NCBI GenBank assembly: GCA_964291495.2
Contig: OZ219871.1
Location: 128,001-192,000 of the forward strand
Reading direction: 5' to 3'
DNA from: Dehalococcoidia bacterium
GTDB lineage: Bacteria > Chloroflexota > Dehalococcoidia > UBA2979
Length of the DNA: 64,000 bases
This document shows positions 19,668 through 30,029 of this stretch, one piece after another. The number at the start of each line of letters is the position of its first letter. Position 1 is the first letter of the stretch. Both the position numbers and the translations under genes were made by a program. The notes under the pieces were generated by a model. That model did not search any database, was not told the DNA's origin, and saw only the letters and a list, made by a program, of their open reading frames with translations.

Positions 19668-20996
19668 GTGACCGACCCCGAGCCGCCGAGCGACCTCGGG
19701 GGGCTCTGGGGTCAGGCGGGCGAGCAACTGAGCGACCTCGCCGTCCGGGCGCGCACGCGGCTGCGCGAGTTCGCCGCCGGGGCGCGCCCCCACCTGAGGG
19801 CGCTGCGGGACCGCGCCGCCCCGGCACTCGGGCAGGTGCGCGACCTCGCGGTGCGCGGGAACGCGCGGCTCCGCGAGTTCGCCGTCTGGGCGCGGCCCCG
19901 ACTGCAGGCGCTCCGCGACGGCGCCGACCCGGCACTCCGGCGAGTGCGCGAATTCAGGGCCTGGGCCCTCGTGTGGCTGCGCTACATCGCCGCGCAGGCG
20001 CTGCAGGCAGCACGCAGGATCGCCGACTGGGCGATCCCGTGGCTGCGCGTGCTCCGCGGCCTCGCTGCTCGGGGGCTCCGGCGGCTACGCGAGCTCAGCG
20101 CCTGGGCGCTCGTGTGTCTGCTCTACGTCACGATCCTGGGGCTGCGAACGTTACGCGGGCTCGCGATTCGGGTGATCGGGCGGCTGCGGGCGCTGGGCAG
20201 CCTCGTGGCTCGGGCGCTGCTGTGGCTGCGCGGATCGGTACCCGCCGCGGCCGTCGTGCTGGCGGCGATCGTCACGATGTCGTTCCTGATGTTCGTGCTC
20301 ACCGAGCCGTCGCAGCGCTGGTTGCTGCTCCTCGGCGTCCTCGCCGCAGCCCTCGGCACGCACGGCGTGCTGCGCAGCGAGCATCCCCGGACGTTCCAGC
20401 TGGGCGTGGACACGACCCCGCAGCTCCTGCTGCCCGCGCTCTACGCACTGGCGATCCCGCTCTTCATCGAGGAGAACGCGCGCGGGCTCTGGGCGCCGTT
20501 CTGCGCGATCGCCGCCGGACTCGGCTTCGCCGCGATCGTGGTCGCCGAGGTCCGCAGCGTCCGCGAGTTCGAGCGCGGGGCCGCCGAGGCTCGGCTCATC
20601 ACCGACGGAGGCGTCTACCTGACCGCCTTCGCACTGCTCTCGCTGCTCTACACGCGCGACCCCGCGCTTCCCGCCGCTGTCGCGACGGCGGCGCTCGTGG
20701 GCGGTCTGCTCTCGTTCGAGGTGCTGCGCAACTCCAGCCTCGGCCTGCTCGACATGCTGACCTTCGCGCTGGTCGGAGCGTTGGTCATCGGCGAGCTGCG
20801 CTGGGCGCTGCACTTCGTGCCGCTGGACGGCCACCTGGCGGCAGTCGCGTTGCTGCTCGCCTTCTTCTTCGTCAGCGGCGTGCTTGCCGCGCGGCTGCGC
20901 GGCCAGCTCACCCGCGAGGTGTTGATCCAGTACAGCGCGGTGGCGGCAGTCGGCGCCGTGGTCATCACCGCGGCCCGGGCGGCCGACCTCGCCTGA
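19668..20996 (+). CDS. Integral membrane protein with repetitive amphipathic N-terminus (start may be 19593)
   Basis: Many hydrophobic segments in the C-terminal half; tandem 36-aa repeat near the N-terminus. Confidence 0.7.
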   Translation: MTDPEPPSDLGGLWGQAGEQLSDLAVRARTRLREFAAGARPHLRALRDRAAPALGQVRDLAVRGNARLREFAVWARPRLQALRDGADPALRRVREFRAWALVWLRYIAAQALQAARRIADWAIPWLRVLRGLAARGLRRLRELSAWALVCLLYVTILGLRTLRGLAIRVIGRLRALGSLVARALLWLRGSVPAAAVVLAAIVTMSFLMFVLTEPSQRWLLLLGVLAAALGTHGVLRSEHPRTFQLGVDTTPQLLLPALYALAIPLFIEENARGLWAPFCAIAAGLGFAAIVVAEVRSVREFERGAAEARLITDGGVYLTAFALLSLLYTRDPALPAAVATAALVGGLLSFEVLRNSSLGLLDMLTFALVGALVIGELRWALHFVPLDGHLAAVALLLAFFFVSGVLAARLRGQLTREVLIQYSAVAAVGAVVITAARAADLA

Positions 20997-21070
20997 CGTG
21001 TCCGCGCCGAGGCGTCCCGCGCCGTCTGGCCCCAGCAGGACGCCCTGTTAGAATCGAAACCGGCCTTCGT

Positions 21071-21147
21071 CGGGGAGTGGCGCAGCCTGGCAGCGCACTT
21101 GACTGGGGGTCAAGAGGTCGCCGGTTCAAATCCGGCCTCCCCGACCA
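21071..21147 (+). tRNA. tRNA-Pro(GGG)
   Basis: CGGGGAG/CTCCCCG acceptor stem, anticodon arm CTTGA-CTGGGGG-TCAAG, GGTTCAAATCC T-arm, encoded CCA; TAGAAT -10 upstream. Confidence 0.97.
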
Positions 21148-21206
21148 GCCTCCACCGCCCTCGCCATCTCAGCGGGTCGGCCGCGCCGGTCGCGCTGCCA
21201 GCCCGG

Positions 21207-21614
21207 CTACAGCCGCGCCGTGCAGCGGATCTCGACCATGAAGTCCGGATGCGCCAGCGCCACGACCTGCACGAGCGTGCTCGCCACCGCGATCGGCTCG
21301 CCCTCGGGCACGCCGTAGGCCTCGTGCCGCACCTCGCCCGCGACCCGCGAGGCGGCGGCGACGTCGGTGACGTACACCACTTCCTCGACGACGTTGCCGA
21401 GGTCGGCATCGAACGGGGCGAGCGCGCGGGCGATGTTGGCGTAGACGGCGCGCAGCTGAGCCGCCATGTCGCCGGCGCCGACCAGCGCGCCGTCCTCGTC
21501 GCGCGCGATCTGCCCGGAAACGTACACGGTGTCGCCGACGCGCACCGCCTGCGCGTAGCCGTAGCGCCCCTCCGCCTCGCCGCCGAAGTAGGCGACTTGC
21601 CGTTCGCTTGTCAT
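21207..21614 (-). CDS. RidA/YjgF family protein
   Basis: YAQAVRVGDTVYVSGQ, VEIRCTA. Confidence 0.9.
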   Translation of the reverse strand: MTSERQVAYFGGEAEGRYGYAQAVRVGDTVYVSGQIARDEDGALVGAGDMAAQLRAVYANIARALAPFDADLGNVVEEVVYVTDVAAASRVAGEVRHEAYGVPEGEPIAVASTLVQVVALAHPDFMVEIRCTARL

Positions 21615-22582
21615 GCGCCCTCGGCCGCCGAGGTCCAGGCGCGGATCAGCTGGTGCGAGATCGTGAACGGCGCGGGGACGCCGAAGTCGAGGCCGCTCTC
21701 GCCCTCGATCTCGCCCGCGGCGAAGGCGAGCGCGCGCGCCACGTCGGCGCGGTCGAACCAGCGGGCGTCCTTGATCTCCTCCGGGTCGATCGCGATCGAC
21801 TCGCTGGCTGCCTCGGCATGGCAGCCGAGCATCAGCGAGGCGGGGAACGGCCAGGGCTGCGAGGAGTGGTAGCGCACTGCGGCGACCTCCACGCCGGCCT
21901 CCTCGCGCACCTCGCGGCGCACGGCCTCCTCGACCGTCTCGCCGGGCTCCATGAACCCGGCGATGCAGGTGTAGTTCGAGCCCGGTCGGGCGCGGCCGCT
22001 GACGAGCAGGCAGCGATCGCCGTCGATGATCAGCACGATCACCACCGGGTCGACGCGCGGGAAGTGCTCCGCGCCGCAGCCCTCGCAGACGCGCATCAGG
22101 CCGCCGTTCCGCGAGGAGGTCGCGCCCCCGCAGACGGCGCAGAAGGGATGGCGCGCGTGCCAGTCGACCAGCGATCGCGCCTGCGCGAGGATCGCCGTGT
22201 CGTCCGTGGGCAGATCCGGCGCGACGCCGCGCACCTCGGCGAAGCGCCGCCCGTCCGCGAGCGGCCCGGCCAGCGCCGCCTCGTCGACGGCCGTGAGGTC
22301 GATCGCGAAGCGCGGCTCGCCGCTGTCGAGGCCGAGCAGGACCGCCTCGCCATCAAGCGAGCCAGCGGGCAGCTCGTCCGGCGCGAGCCAGGCGACGGTT
22401 GGCGCCGGGTCGCCCTCGACCAGCGCCTCGAGGTCGCGCAGCGCGAGGTAGCGGCGCGACGGATGCGCGTGCTGGCCCTCGATCCATGCGCGGTCGCGGC
22501 GCTCGTTCCCCGCCCGGTCGAGCGGGCTGCCCGTGAAGACGTGCCCGTGGTCGTGGGCCGAGCCGTAGCCTCCGCCGGGCAT
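21611..22582 (-). CDS. nudC: NAD(H) diphosphatase
   Basis: FC.VCG..C..CG zinc ribbon, FPRVDPVVI, AGFMEPGETVEEAVRREVREE, SQPWPFPASLM. Confidence 0.93.
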   Translation of the reverse strand: MPGGGYGSAHDHGHVFTGSPLDRAGNERRDRAWIEGQHAHPSRRYLALRDLEALVEGDPAPTVAWLAPDELPAGSLDGEAVLLGLDSGEPRFAIDLTAVDEAALAGPLADGRRFAEVRGVAPDLPTDDTAILAQARSLVDWHARHPFCAVCGGATSSRNGGLMRVCEGCGAEHFPRVDPVVIVLIIDGDRCLLVSGRARPGSNYTCIAGFMEPGETVEEAVRREVREEAGVEVAAVRYHSSQPWPFPASLMLGCHAEAASESIAIDPEEIKDARWFDRADVARALAFAAGEIEGESGLDFGVPAPFTISHQLIRAWTSAAEGA

Positions 22583-22700
22583 TGCGCCTCCCCAGTGCGG
22601 CGTCGCGCGCCGCCCGTGAGTCTGCGCCCTCGCGCGCGCCGCGTCGAGGGCGCAACGCGCGCGGTGCGGCTACCATCGCGCGGCGCGAGCGGAGGCGGAA

Positions 22701-23105
22701 ATGGTGCTGCAACTGGCGAAGGCGGGGATGGATGTCGCGATCGTGGTGACGGACGCGGAGCGGATGGTCGCCTTCTACCGCGACACGCTGGGGCTGACGT
22801 TCCAGCGATCGCGCCAGACCGGGCCCGGCGGGACGATGCACCTCCTCGAATGCGGCGACTCGCTGCTCAAGCTGCTCGACCCGCCCGAGCCGCCGCCGCA
22901 CCGCCACGCCCGAGGCGGCACGCGCGCGCAGACCGGCCTGCGCTACCTCACCATCCACGTCCACAACATCGACGAGCTGGTCGCGCGCTGCGAGGCGGCC
23001 GGCTGCCACTTCCCCGTGCCGCTGCGCGACTCGACCGGCGAGGGCCGCTACTGCCAGCTCGAGGATCCCGAGGGCAACGTCGTCCAGCTCCAGCAGTTGG
23101 ATTGA
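22701..23105 (+). CDS. VOC/glyoxalase family protein
   Basis: VAIVVTDAERMVAFYRDTLGL, DPEGNVVQL. Confidence 0.85.
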   Translation: MVLQLAKAGMDVAIVVTDAERMVAFYRDTLGLTFQRSRQTGPGGTMHLLECGDSLLKLLDPPEPPPHRHARGGTRAQTGLRYLTIHVHNIDELVARCEAAGCHFPVPLRDSTGEGRYCQLEDPEGNVVQLQQLD

Positions 23106-23167
23106 CGGCGTACTCCCGCGCTACACGTTATGATCAGTGATCACGGCTCGGACGTTGGGAGTATGTG

Positions 23168-23845
23168 ATGGCGGAACCGGGACTCGCGGATCTCGTAGCC
23201 AACCGCACGATGTCGCCGGAGATGGCGGCGACGCTGGCGGCGGCCGCGCGCGAGCGGCGCTCGCTGCTCTTCTTCGCGATCCCGCGGCTCGCCGGCAAGA
23301 CCACAACGATGCTCGCGACGCTCGACCATGCGCCCGAGGGCACGCCGATCCACGAACTCTCGACCGACACGGAGCCTGACCTCGGCATCCCCAACCCGCC
23401 GGACGGCGGCTACCTGGTGATGCACGAGATCGCGCAGACGGACTTCCCGCACTACCTCTGGGGCGAGCCGGTGCGGCGCGTCTTCGAGGCGCTGCGCGGA
23501 GGAGGCCTCTCGCTCGCGACGGTGCTCCACGCCGGTGGGTACGAGGAGGCGTTCTCGATCATCCTCGAAGGGAACGAGGTGCCGGACGCGGACGCGGCCC
23601 TGATCGACTACGCCGTGCACATCCGCAGCCTCGGCCCGGACTGGCGCGAGCCGACACGCCGCGTCGTCGTCGAGCTGCACGAGGTCACGGACATCCGCGA
23701 CGGCGTCGTCGAGGCGACGCTGCTGCACCGCTGGGACGAGGAGCGCGACCGCTTCGAGGTCGTCGGTGAGCCCTCGCTGCTTACGGATGCTGGCGAGGAG
23801 CGCACGCGGCTGGCTGAGGAGTTTCGCCGCCAGCTGGAGGAGTAG
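23168..23845 (+). CDS. Stand-alone P-loop NTPase resembling the VirB11/CpaF ATPase core
   Basis: AIPRLAGKTT Walker A-like, YLVMHEI Walker B-like, ATVLHA His-box-like, RRVVVELHEV. Confidence 0.6.
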   Translation: MAEPGLADLVANRTMSPEMAATLAAAARERRSLLFFAIPRLAGKTTTMLATLDHAPEGTPIHELSTDTEPDLGIPNPPDGGYLVMHEIAQTDFPHYLWGEPVRRVFEALRGGGLSLATVLHAGGYEEAFSIILEGNEVPDADAALIDYAVHIRSLGPDWREPTRRVVVELHEVTDIRDGVVEATLLHRWDEERDRFEVVGEPSLLTDAGEERTRLAEEFRRQLEE

Positions 23846-23929
23846 CGCAGGCCCTCGCGGTTCACATCGCCGCGTGATTCGCGTACCGTGCTGCGGCCAC
23901 TGCTGTACGCGAGCTGAGAGGGTTCCGCC

Positions 23930-24694
23930 ATGTGCTTCAAGTTCGACTCCCTGCCGCCCGTGCCGGCCATCGCCGGCGCGGCCGTCCAACACGAGGATCT
24001 GACGCTCACGGCCTCGGACGGCAATCAGCTCTCCGCGTTCAGCGCGCTGGCGGACGATCCGCTCGGCCCGGCCGTGGTCGTGATGCCGGACGTGCGCGGG
24101 CTCTACCGCTTCTACGAGGAGCTGGCGCTGCGCTTCGCCGAGCGCGGCTTCGACTCGGTCGCGATCGACTACTTCGGCCGCACGGCAGGCCTCGGCAAGC
24201 GGGGCGAGGACTTCGACTTCTGGCCGGAGGTGCAGGCCACGACCGCCGCCGGCATCGCCGCCGACGTGCGCGCCGCCAGCGACCAGCTACGCAGCCGCGA
24301 GGGCCAGGCCGACCGCGCCGTCTTCACGATCGGCTTCTGCTTCGGCGGCTCCTCCTCGTGGCAGCAGGCCGCAGAGGGCCACGGGCTGGCCGGCGTGATC
24401 GGCTTCTACGGCGGCCCGACCCGCAAGTGGTTCGAGGACTCCGCGCCGGTCATCGACCGCGTCGGCGAGTTCGAGTGCCCGGTGCTCGCGCTGCAGGCGG
24501 GTGGCGACGAGAACATCACGAAGGACCACAACGACCGCTTCGAGGCGGCGATGAGCGAGGCCGGTGTCGAGCACCTCGTGCTCTCCTACCACGGCTCCCC
24601 GCACTCCTTCTTCGACCGCACCGCCCACGAGCACCAGACCGCCTCGGCGGACGCCTGGGAGCGCGTGCTCGCCTTCATCGCGAACCACTCGTAG
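23930..24694 (+). CDS. Dienelactone hydrolase family protein
   Basis: IGFCFGG nucleophile elbow, PHSFFD. Confidence 0.9.
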   Translation: MCFKFDSLPPVPAIAGAAVQHEDLTLTASDGNQLSAFSALADDPLGPAVVVMPDVRGLYRFYEELALRFAERGFDSVAIDYFGRTAGLGKRGEDFDFWPEVQATTAAGIAADVRAASDQLRSREGQADRAVFTIGFCFGGSSSWQQAAEGHGLAGVIGFYGGPTRKWFEDSAPVIDRVGEFECPVLALQAGGDENITKDHNDRFEAAMSEAGVEHLVLSYHGSPHSFFDRTAHEHQTASADAWERVLAFIANHS

Positions 24695-24922
24695 GCGGCG
24701 GCCACGAGGGCAACGAGGGCGGACGGGCGCGTGCTCACGCGCCTCGAAGGCCGCGTCGCCCGTTGTGACCGGGGCCGGGCGCTGCATCGGCTGGGCGCTG
24801 GTAGCGTGGATGCACCACCCCTATCGCTTCGACCGTAGGGTCGAGACCGCCCTCGTGGCGGTCTCTGTCTTTGCCCACCGCTCCGTCTGGCCCGTTACCA
24901 CCGCTGCGCCGATAGTCGATCG

Positions 24923-26152
24923 ATGGCCATCACCTACCGTCGGCTGACCGAGGAAGACTGGGACGAGTGGGTCGTCGGCAACGCCCGCGGTTTCCTCGAA
25001 GACACCGAGGCCGCCTCCACCGAGGCCGACCCGATCCGCCCCCACTTCGACTTCGACCGCAGCCTCGCTGCCTTCGACGGCGGCGAGATGGTGGGCAAGA
25101 CGCACGCCATCCCCTTCTCCATGAGCGTTCCCGGCGGCGATCTGCCCACCGCCGGCGTCACCGCCGTCACCGTGTCGCCGACCCACCGGCGCCGCGGCAT
25201 CCTCACCGAGCTCACGCGCCGGCAGCTCGCCGACATCCACGCCCGTGGCGAGGCGCTCGCCGCCCTCTGGGCCTCGGAGAGCCTCATCTATGGCCGCTTC
25301 GGCTACGGGATGGCCGCGCAGTCGGACCGCATCAGCATCGACCGCCGCCACACTGGATTCCTCGCCGGAGTCCCCGACGCGCCCGGCGAGGTCCGCTTCG
25401 CCGCGCCGGAGGACGCCCTCGAGCGCTGGCCGGCGCTCTACGACCGCCTGCGCGAATCGCGCCCCGGCATGATGACGCGCTTCCCGTACCTCTGGCGTGG
25501 CTTCGTCATTCCCCGCACGGAGAAGCCCGAGGGCGGCTTCACCAGGCGCCTCTACGTCGAGTACGCGGGTTCCGAAGGCCCCGAGGGCTATGCCATCTAC
25601 GCCGTCAAGCCAGGCTGGCGCGACGACGTCCCTCGCGGAACGCTCCGCGTCCACGAACTGGTCGCCCTGAACCCCGTTGCCGAGGCGGCCCTCTGGCGCT
25701 ACCTCTTCGGCGTCGACCTCATTGGGACGATCGAGGCCGACAACCGCCCGCCCGACGATCCGCTCGTCTGGATGCTGGCCGACCCCCGCCAGCTCGGCCG
25801 CATCCCCCGTGACTCGCTGTGGGTGCGCATTCTCGACGTCGCGAAGGCCCTCGAAGGCCGCGACTACCTCGCCGATGGCCGTCTCGTGCTTGAAGTCACC
25901 GACGACTTCGGTCCCTGGGCTGCCGGCTGCTTCGATCTCACTATCGAGAGCGGCAAGGCCGCCTGCTGCCCCAGCGACGCCTCACCCGACCTCACGCTCG
26001 GCGCCGACGCCCTCGCCGCCGTCTACCTCGGAGGCGCCTCGCCGTCCGTCCTCGCCCGCGCGGGTCGGGTCGAAGGCTCTCCCGATGCCCTGCGCCTCGC
26101 CGACGCCCTGTTCCGCTGGCACACCGCCCCCTGGTGCATCGCCGAGTTTTAG
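24923..26152 (+). CDS. Eis-type GNAT acetyltransferase with SCP2-like C-terminus
   Basis: VTAVTVSPTHRRRG, LWASESLIYGRFGYG, LWVRILDV. Confidence 0.9.
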   Translation: MAITYRRLTEEDWDEWVVGNARGFLEDTEAASTEADPIRPHFDFDRSLAAFDGGEMVGKTHAIPFSMSVPGGDLPTAGVTAVTVSPTHRRRGILTELTRRQLADIHARGEALAALWASESLIYGRFGYGMAAQSDRISIDRRHTGFLAGVPDAPGEVRFAAPEDALERWPALYDRLRESRPGMMTRFPYLWRGFVIPRTEKPEGGFTRRLYVEYAGSEGPEGYAIYAVKPGWRDDVPRGTLRVHELVALNPVAEAALWRYLFGVDLIGTIEADNRPPDDPLVWMLADPRQLGRIPRDSLWVRILDVAKALEGRDYLADGRLVLEVTDDFGPWAAGCFDLTIESGKAACCPSDASPDLTLGADALAAVYLGGASPSVLARAGRVEGSPDALRLADALFRWHTAPWCIAEF

Positions 26153-26239
26153 TGTCCCGCTCGCCACGCGGCTGGTAGCCACCGCCCCCACGCCAACCCC
26201 GCCGCTCCGCTATCCTCACGACGCGCGCGAGGAGGCAGC

Positions 26240-27421
26240 GTGAGCGTTCGGAACCGGGCCGCGATCGTAGGGGTGGGCGAGACGGAGTTCTCGCGCAACG
26301 CCGGGCGCTCCAACCTGCAACTCGCCCTCGAGGCGATCACCGCCGCGCTCGAGGACGCCGGGCTCACGACCGACGACGTCGACGCGATCGTGAAGATGCA
26401 CGCCAACACCGACCTCTTCGAGATCGACATCATGCGCAGCCTCGGCATCCAGAACCTGCGCTTCTTCAGCGAGATCCCGCACGGCGGCGGCGGCTCCGTC
26501 GGCACCGTCGTGCATGCGGCGGCGGCGATCGCCGCCGGGCAGGCCGACGTCGTGGTCTGCTTCCGCTCGATCCGCCGCTCGCTGATGCCGGCCAGCCGCT
26601 CGCGGGCCGGCCGCTACGTCCCGGACGGGATGCAGTACCGCATCCCCGTCGGCCTCGTCACCCCCGTGCAGTGGGTGGCGATGTTCGGGCGGCGCTACCT
26701 GCACGACTACGACCTCACCACCGAGGCGTTCGGCCTCTGCGCCGTGCAGATCCGCAACAACGGCGCGATCAACCCGCACGCGATGCAGTACGGGCGCACC
26801 GTCACCCTCGAGGACCACCACAACTCACGCTGGATCTCGGAGCCGCTGCGGCTGCTCGACTGCTGCCTCGAGACGGACGGGGGCAGCGCCGTCGTGGTCG
26901 TCTCGGCGGAGAAGGCGCGGGAGCTGGCGGCGAGCGGTCGCTCGAAGCGGCCGCCGGTCTACATCACCGGCGCCGCGCAGGGCACCGGCAGCCGCACCGA
27001 GTCGATGACCAGCTACCAGCGCGACAGCATGTCCGTGCTCGAGGAGGCCGAGGAGACGGCGCGCGAGGTCTATCGCGTGGCGGAGATGGAGCCGCGCGAC
27101 ATGGAGACGCTGCAGCTCTACGACCACTTCACGCCGATGGTGCTGATGTCGCTCGAGGCCTACGGCTTCGCCGCGCCGGGCGCGTCCCACGAGCTGTTCC
27201 GCGAGGGCCGCACCACCCTCGAGGGCGACATCCCGCTCAACACGCACGGCGGCCAGCTCGCCGACGGCTACCTGCACGGCTTCAGCATGATCACCGAGGC
27301 GGCGCGCCAGATCCGCGGCGACGCGGTGAACCAGCTGGAGCGCCGCCCGCGGACTGCCCTCGCGACCGCCGGCACCGGCGTCCCGACGAGCGCGCTGATC
27401 CTCTCCGCCGACGGCGCGTAG
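26240..27421 (+). CDS. Thiolase-superfamily (Ltp2/lipid-transfer-like) protein
   Basis: AAIVGVGETEF, LRLLDCC.ETDGG, QLYDHFT, NTHGGQL.DGYLHG. Confidence 0.88.
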   Translation: MSVRNRAAIVGVGETEFSRNAGRSNLQLALEAITAALEDAGLTTDDVDAIVKMHANTDLFEIDIMRSLGIQNLRFFSEIPHGGGGSVGTVVHAAAAIAAGQADVVVCFRSIRRSLMPASRSRAGRYVPDGMQYRIPVGLVTPVQWVAMFGRRYLHDYDLTTEAFGLCAVQIRNNGAINPHAMQYGRTVTLEDHHNSRWISEPLRLLDCCLETDGGSAVVVVSAEKARELAASGRSKRPPVYITGAAQGTGSRTESMTSYQRDSMSVLEEAEETAREVYRVAEMEPRDMETLQLYDHFTPMVLMSLEAYGFAAPGASHELFREGRTTLEGDIPLNTHGGQLADGYLHGFSMITEAARQIRGDAVNQLERRPRTALATAGTGVPTSALILSADGA

Positions 27422-27424
27422 CGC

Positions 27425-27985
27425 TCACCTCCAGCCCCCTCCTTGGGGGAGAGGGTTTCGCAACCCTCTCCTCAGGGCAGCGAGCGCATCCCTTCCGGTC
27501 CCCTCTCCCCGAGGGAGAGGGTGAGGGTGAGGGAGGGTCCGCCCTCCGGGATTGCGTTGCGCCATCGGGACTCTCGGAGGCGCGCGGGAGGCTTCCCCTC
27601 ACCCGACCATCTCTGACCGCGGCCGATGGTTGGCGTACCTGGATTCCGGCATTCGCCGGAATGACGGAGGGGTCGGGGTTGGAAGCGACAGCGGGGTGGA
27701 GGGTGGGGTGGAGAGGGAGCCCGACGGCGCTCGTGGGACGAGTGAGCCGGGCCTCCGATCCCCTCTCCCCTGGAGGGAGAGGGTGAGGGTGAGGGGGGAG
27801 GAAGCAGAGCGTGGGGGCTTCGCCCCCACTCCGCGTTCCGGCCCTCCCAAGCCTCGCGCGCCCTCGGAACTCTCGCTGCGCTCGCGCCGCGCCGACGGCG
27901 CGGCGTCCCCCGCACCCCCCGCCCTCGCCCGCCAGGGGCGAGGGAGCCGGATCCGCCCTCGGGGCTTCCGGGGCGGGCAAGCGGG
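27425..27985. repeat. Cluster of palindromic repeats (CCCTCTCCC/GGGAGAGGG type plus one CGTC-type GTCATTCCGGCG..GCCGGAATCCAG)
   Basis: Several hairpins between convergent genes; shares ~140 bp with the 40500 and 48500 regions. Confidence 0.8.
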
Positions 27986-27987
27986 GC

Positions 27988-28530
27988 TCAGTCGCGCTGG
28001 AGGGGCGGCTCCTGCTGGCCGGGGGCGTATTGCGGTTCGTAGTCGGAGACCTCGCCGAGCATCTGGGCGTGGTGCATGCGGTCGTGGCGGTAGTAGGAAC
28101 GCAGCCACTGCAGCACCGTCAACTCGCCGAAGATCTGCGTGCGTGCGGTGCGGTCGAACTGCTCGGGCGTGAAGGTATGCGCCAGCTCCAGCGTCTCCTC
28201 GCGCTCACCCTGCATCTGCGCCACGAGGCTCGCGAGGTCCGCCTCGTGCGCCTGCTCGAAGGGGATGTCGAGCGGAATGTTGGGCGTGCGGCCGTCGGAG
28301 ACGTTGGGGCTGTCCTCGGCGATCGCGCGGCGTACCCAGCCGCGATAGCTGCGGTCCATCCCGGCGAGGTGCACGACCTGCTCCTTGACGGACCAGCCCG
28401 CCTCGCCCTCGCCCTCGGGCGGGCGCTGCTCCGCCTGCTCGTCGGACATGCCGTCGAGCGTGACGAGCATCGCCGAGCGCTCGATCTCGAGCTTCTCGAA
28501 GAGTTCCGCTATCTGCTCACTGGTCGCCAT
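27988..28530 (-). CDS. DinB family protein
   Basis: WSVKEQVVHL, RHDRMH. Confidence 0.85.
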   Translation of the reverse strand: MATSEQIAELFEKLEIERSAMLVTLDGMSDEQAEQRPPEGEGEAGWSVKEQVVHLAGMDRSYRGWVRRAIAEDSPNVSDGRTPNIPLDIPFEQAHEADLASLVAQMQGEREETLELAHTFTPEQFDRTARTQIFGELTVLQWLRSYYRHDRMHHAQMLGEVSDYEPQYAPGQQEPPLQRD

Positions 28531-28580
28531 GCGCGCATCATAGCCGTGTAGGCTGCCCGTGCGGCACGAGGGGGCGCGAG

Positions 28581-29507
28581 ATGACCGAAGATCCTCTGGA
28601 ACTGATGGCGGCCGCCGCCGAAGCTGCGGGCGTCGAACCCTCCCGGTTCGTGCTGCCCGAGGACCACGACGTCGAGCTCAACGGCCTGCGCTTCCACTAC
28701 GTCGACTGGGGCAACAGGCACTTGCCGCACGTGGTGCTGCTGCACGGCGGCTCGCTGACCGCACGCACCTGGGACATGGCCGCGCTGCTGCTGCGCGACT
28801 CCTACCACCTGGTCGCCCTCGACCAGCGCGGCCACGGCGACACCGACTGGACCCCGGACGTCGAGGACGACACGAGCGCGCTGATGGTCGAGGACACGCG
28901 CGCCTTCCTCGACCACCTCGGCTACGAGCACTTCACGCTCGTCGGCATGTCGATGGGCGGGATCAACTCCTTCCAGCACGCGGCCGCCCACCCGGAGCGC
29001 CTCGACGCGCTCGTGATCGTCGATGTCGCGCCGGAGACGATGCGGGCGGGCATCGTCGAGATGGAGCAGTTCGCGCAGGCCACGGAGACGCTCGACCGCT
29101 TCGAGGACTTCCTGGACCGCGCGACGAAATTCAACCCCGACCGCTCGGTCGGCCACCTGCGCTACAGCCTGATGCACGCGCTGCGCGAGACGGACGAGGG
29201 CTGGACCTGGAAGAACGACCGCCGCCCGCGCCCGAAGCTGGACGAGGAGGCGCGCAAGCGGCAGGCCGACGAGCGCGCCTCGCTGCTCTGGGACTGCGTG
29301 CGTGCGATCCCGACGCCGACGCTGCTGGTGCGCGGGACGGAGAGCAAGATCCTCTCCGCCGAGCACGCCCGCGAGGTGGTCGACGCGATGCGGCACGCCG
29401 AGCTCGTCGAGATCGAGGGTGCGCGCCACACCGTGCAGGGTGACAAGCCGGTCGAGTTCGCGCACGAGCTGGACGCCTTCCTGCAGCGCACCCTGCCGCC
29501 GCGCTGA
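28581..29507 (+). CDS. Alpha/beta hydrolase
   Basis: LLHGG, DQRGHG, VGMSMGG, ARHTV. Confidence 0.9.
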   Translation: MTEDPLELMAAAAEAAGVEPSRFVLPEDHDVELNGLRFHYVDWGNRHLPHVVLLHGGSLTARTWDMAALLLRDSYHLVALDQRGHGDTDWTPDVEDDTSALMVEDTRAFLDHLGYEHFTLVGMSMGGINSFQHAAAHPERLDALVIVDVAPETMRAGIVEMEQFAQATETLDRFEDFLDRATKFNPDRSVGHLRYSLMHALRETDEGWTWKNDRRPRPKLDEEARKRQADERASLLWDCVRAIPTPTLLVRGTESKILSAEHAREVVDAMRHAELVEIEGARHTVQGDKPVEFAHELDAFLQRTLPPR

Positions 29508-29626
29508 GGCCGCAACGAGCCGGATTCGCGGCGCGCTTTGACAGCGCCGCGCCCTCGCCTCTACCGTCCGCCTGCGCGCGTCGCACCGCGACGCGGAGAT
29601 GGCTCGAAGCCGATGGGAGCAGCAGC

Positions 29627-30004
29627 ATGGTCGAGGTGATCAAGTCGTCCGATGGCGAGACCTCGGAAAGCACGCCCGCCGAGATCTTCACGGGCGGGCA
29701 GGTCTGGGCCCGGCGCCTCTCCGGCCCCGGCACCGGACGTGGCCAGCACATGAGCTTCGGCATCGTGCAGTTCGGCGCGGGCGCGCGCACGCGCATGCAC
29801 CGCCACAGCAGCGACCAGATGCTCTACGTCGTCGCCGGCATCGGCAAGGTCGGCACTGCGGACAGCGAGGAAGTGATCAGCGCGGGCGACTTCGCCCTCG
29901 TGCCGGCGGGCGAGGATCACTGGCACGGCGCCGCCGACACCGGCTCGCCGATGTCCCACATCACCGTCACCGCCGCCGACAGCGTGACGGAGGTCACCGG
30001 GTAG
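29627..30004 (+). CDS. Cupin domain protein
   Basis: TRMHRHSSDQ, PAGEDHWHGA. Confidence 0.85.
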   Translation: MVEVIKSSDGETSESTPAEIFTGGQVWARRLSGPGTGRGQHMSFGIVQFGAGARTRMHRHSSDQMLYVVAGIGKVGTADSEEVISAGDFALVPAGEDHWHGAADTGSPMSHITVTAADSVTEVTG

Positions 30005-30029
30005 CGCGACCTGACAGGGTGAACGGCCG

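Noticed and set aside
21071-21210. tRNA-anchored genomic island
   Set aside because: No integrase or duplicated tRNA 3' end was seen, and the flanking genes have host-like composition
27291-28172. ORFs across repeat clusters (PPHPHPLPPGER, VIPANAGIQ peptides)
   Set aside because: These are translations of palindromic DNA repeats, not credible proteins
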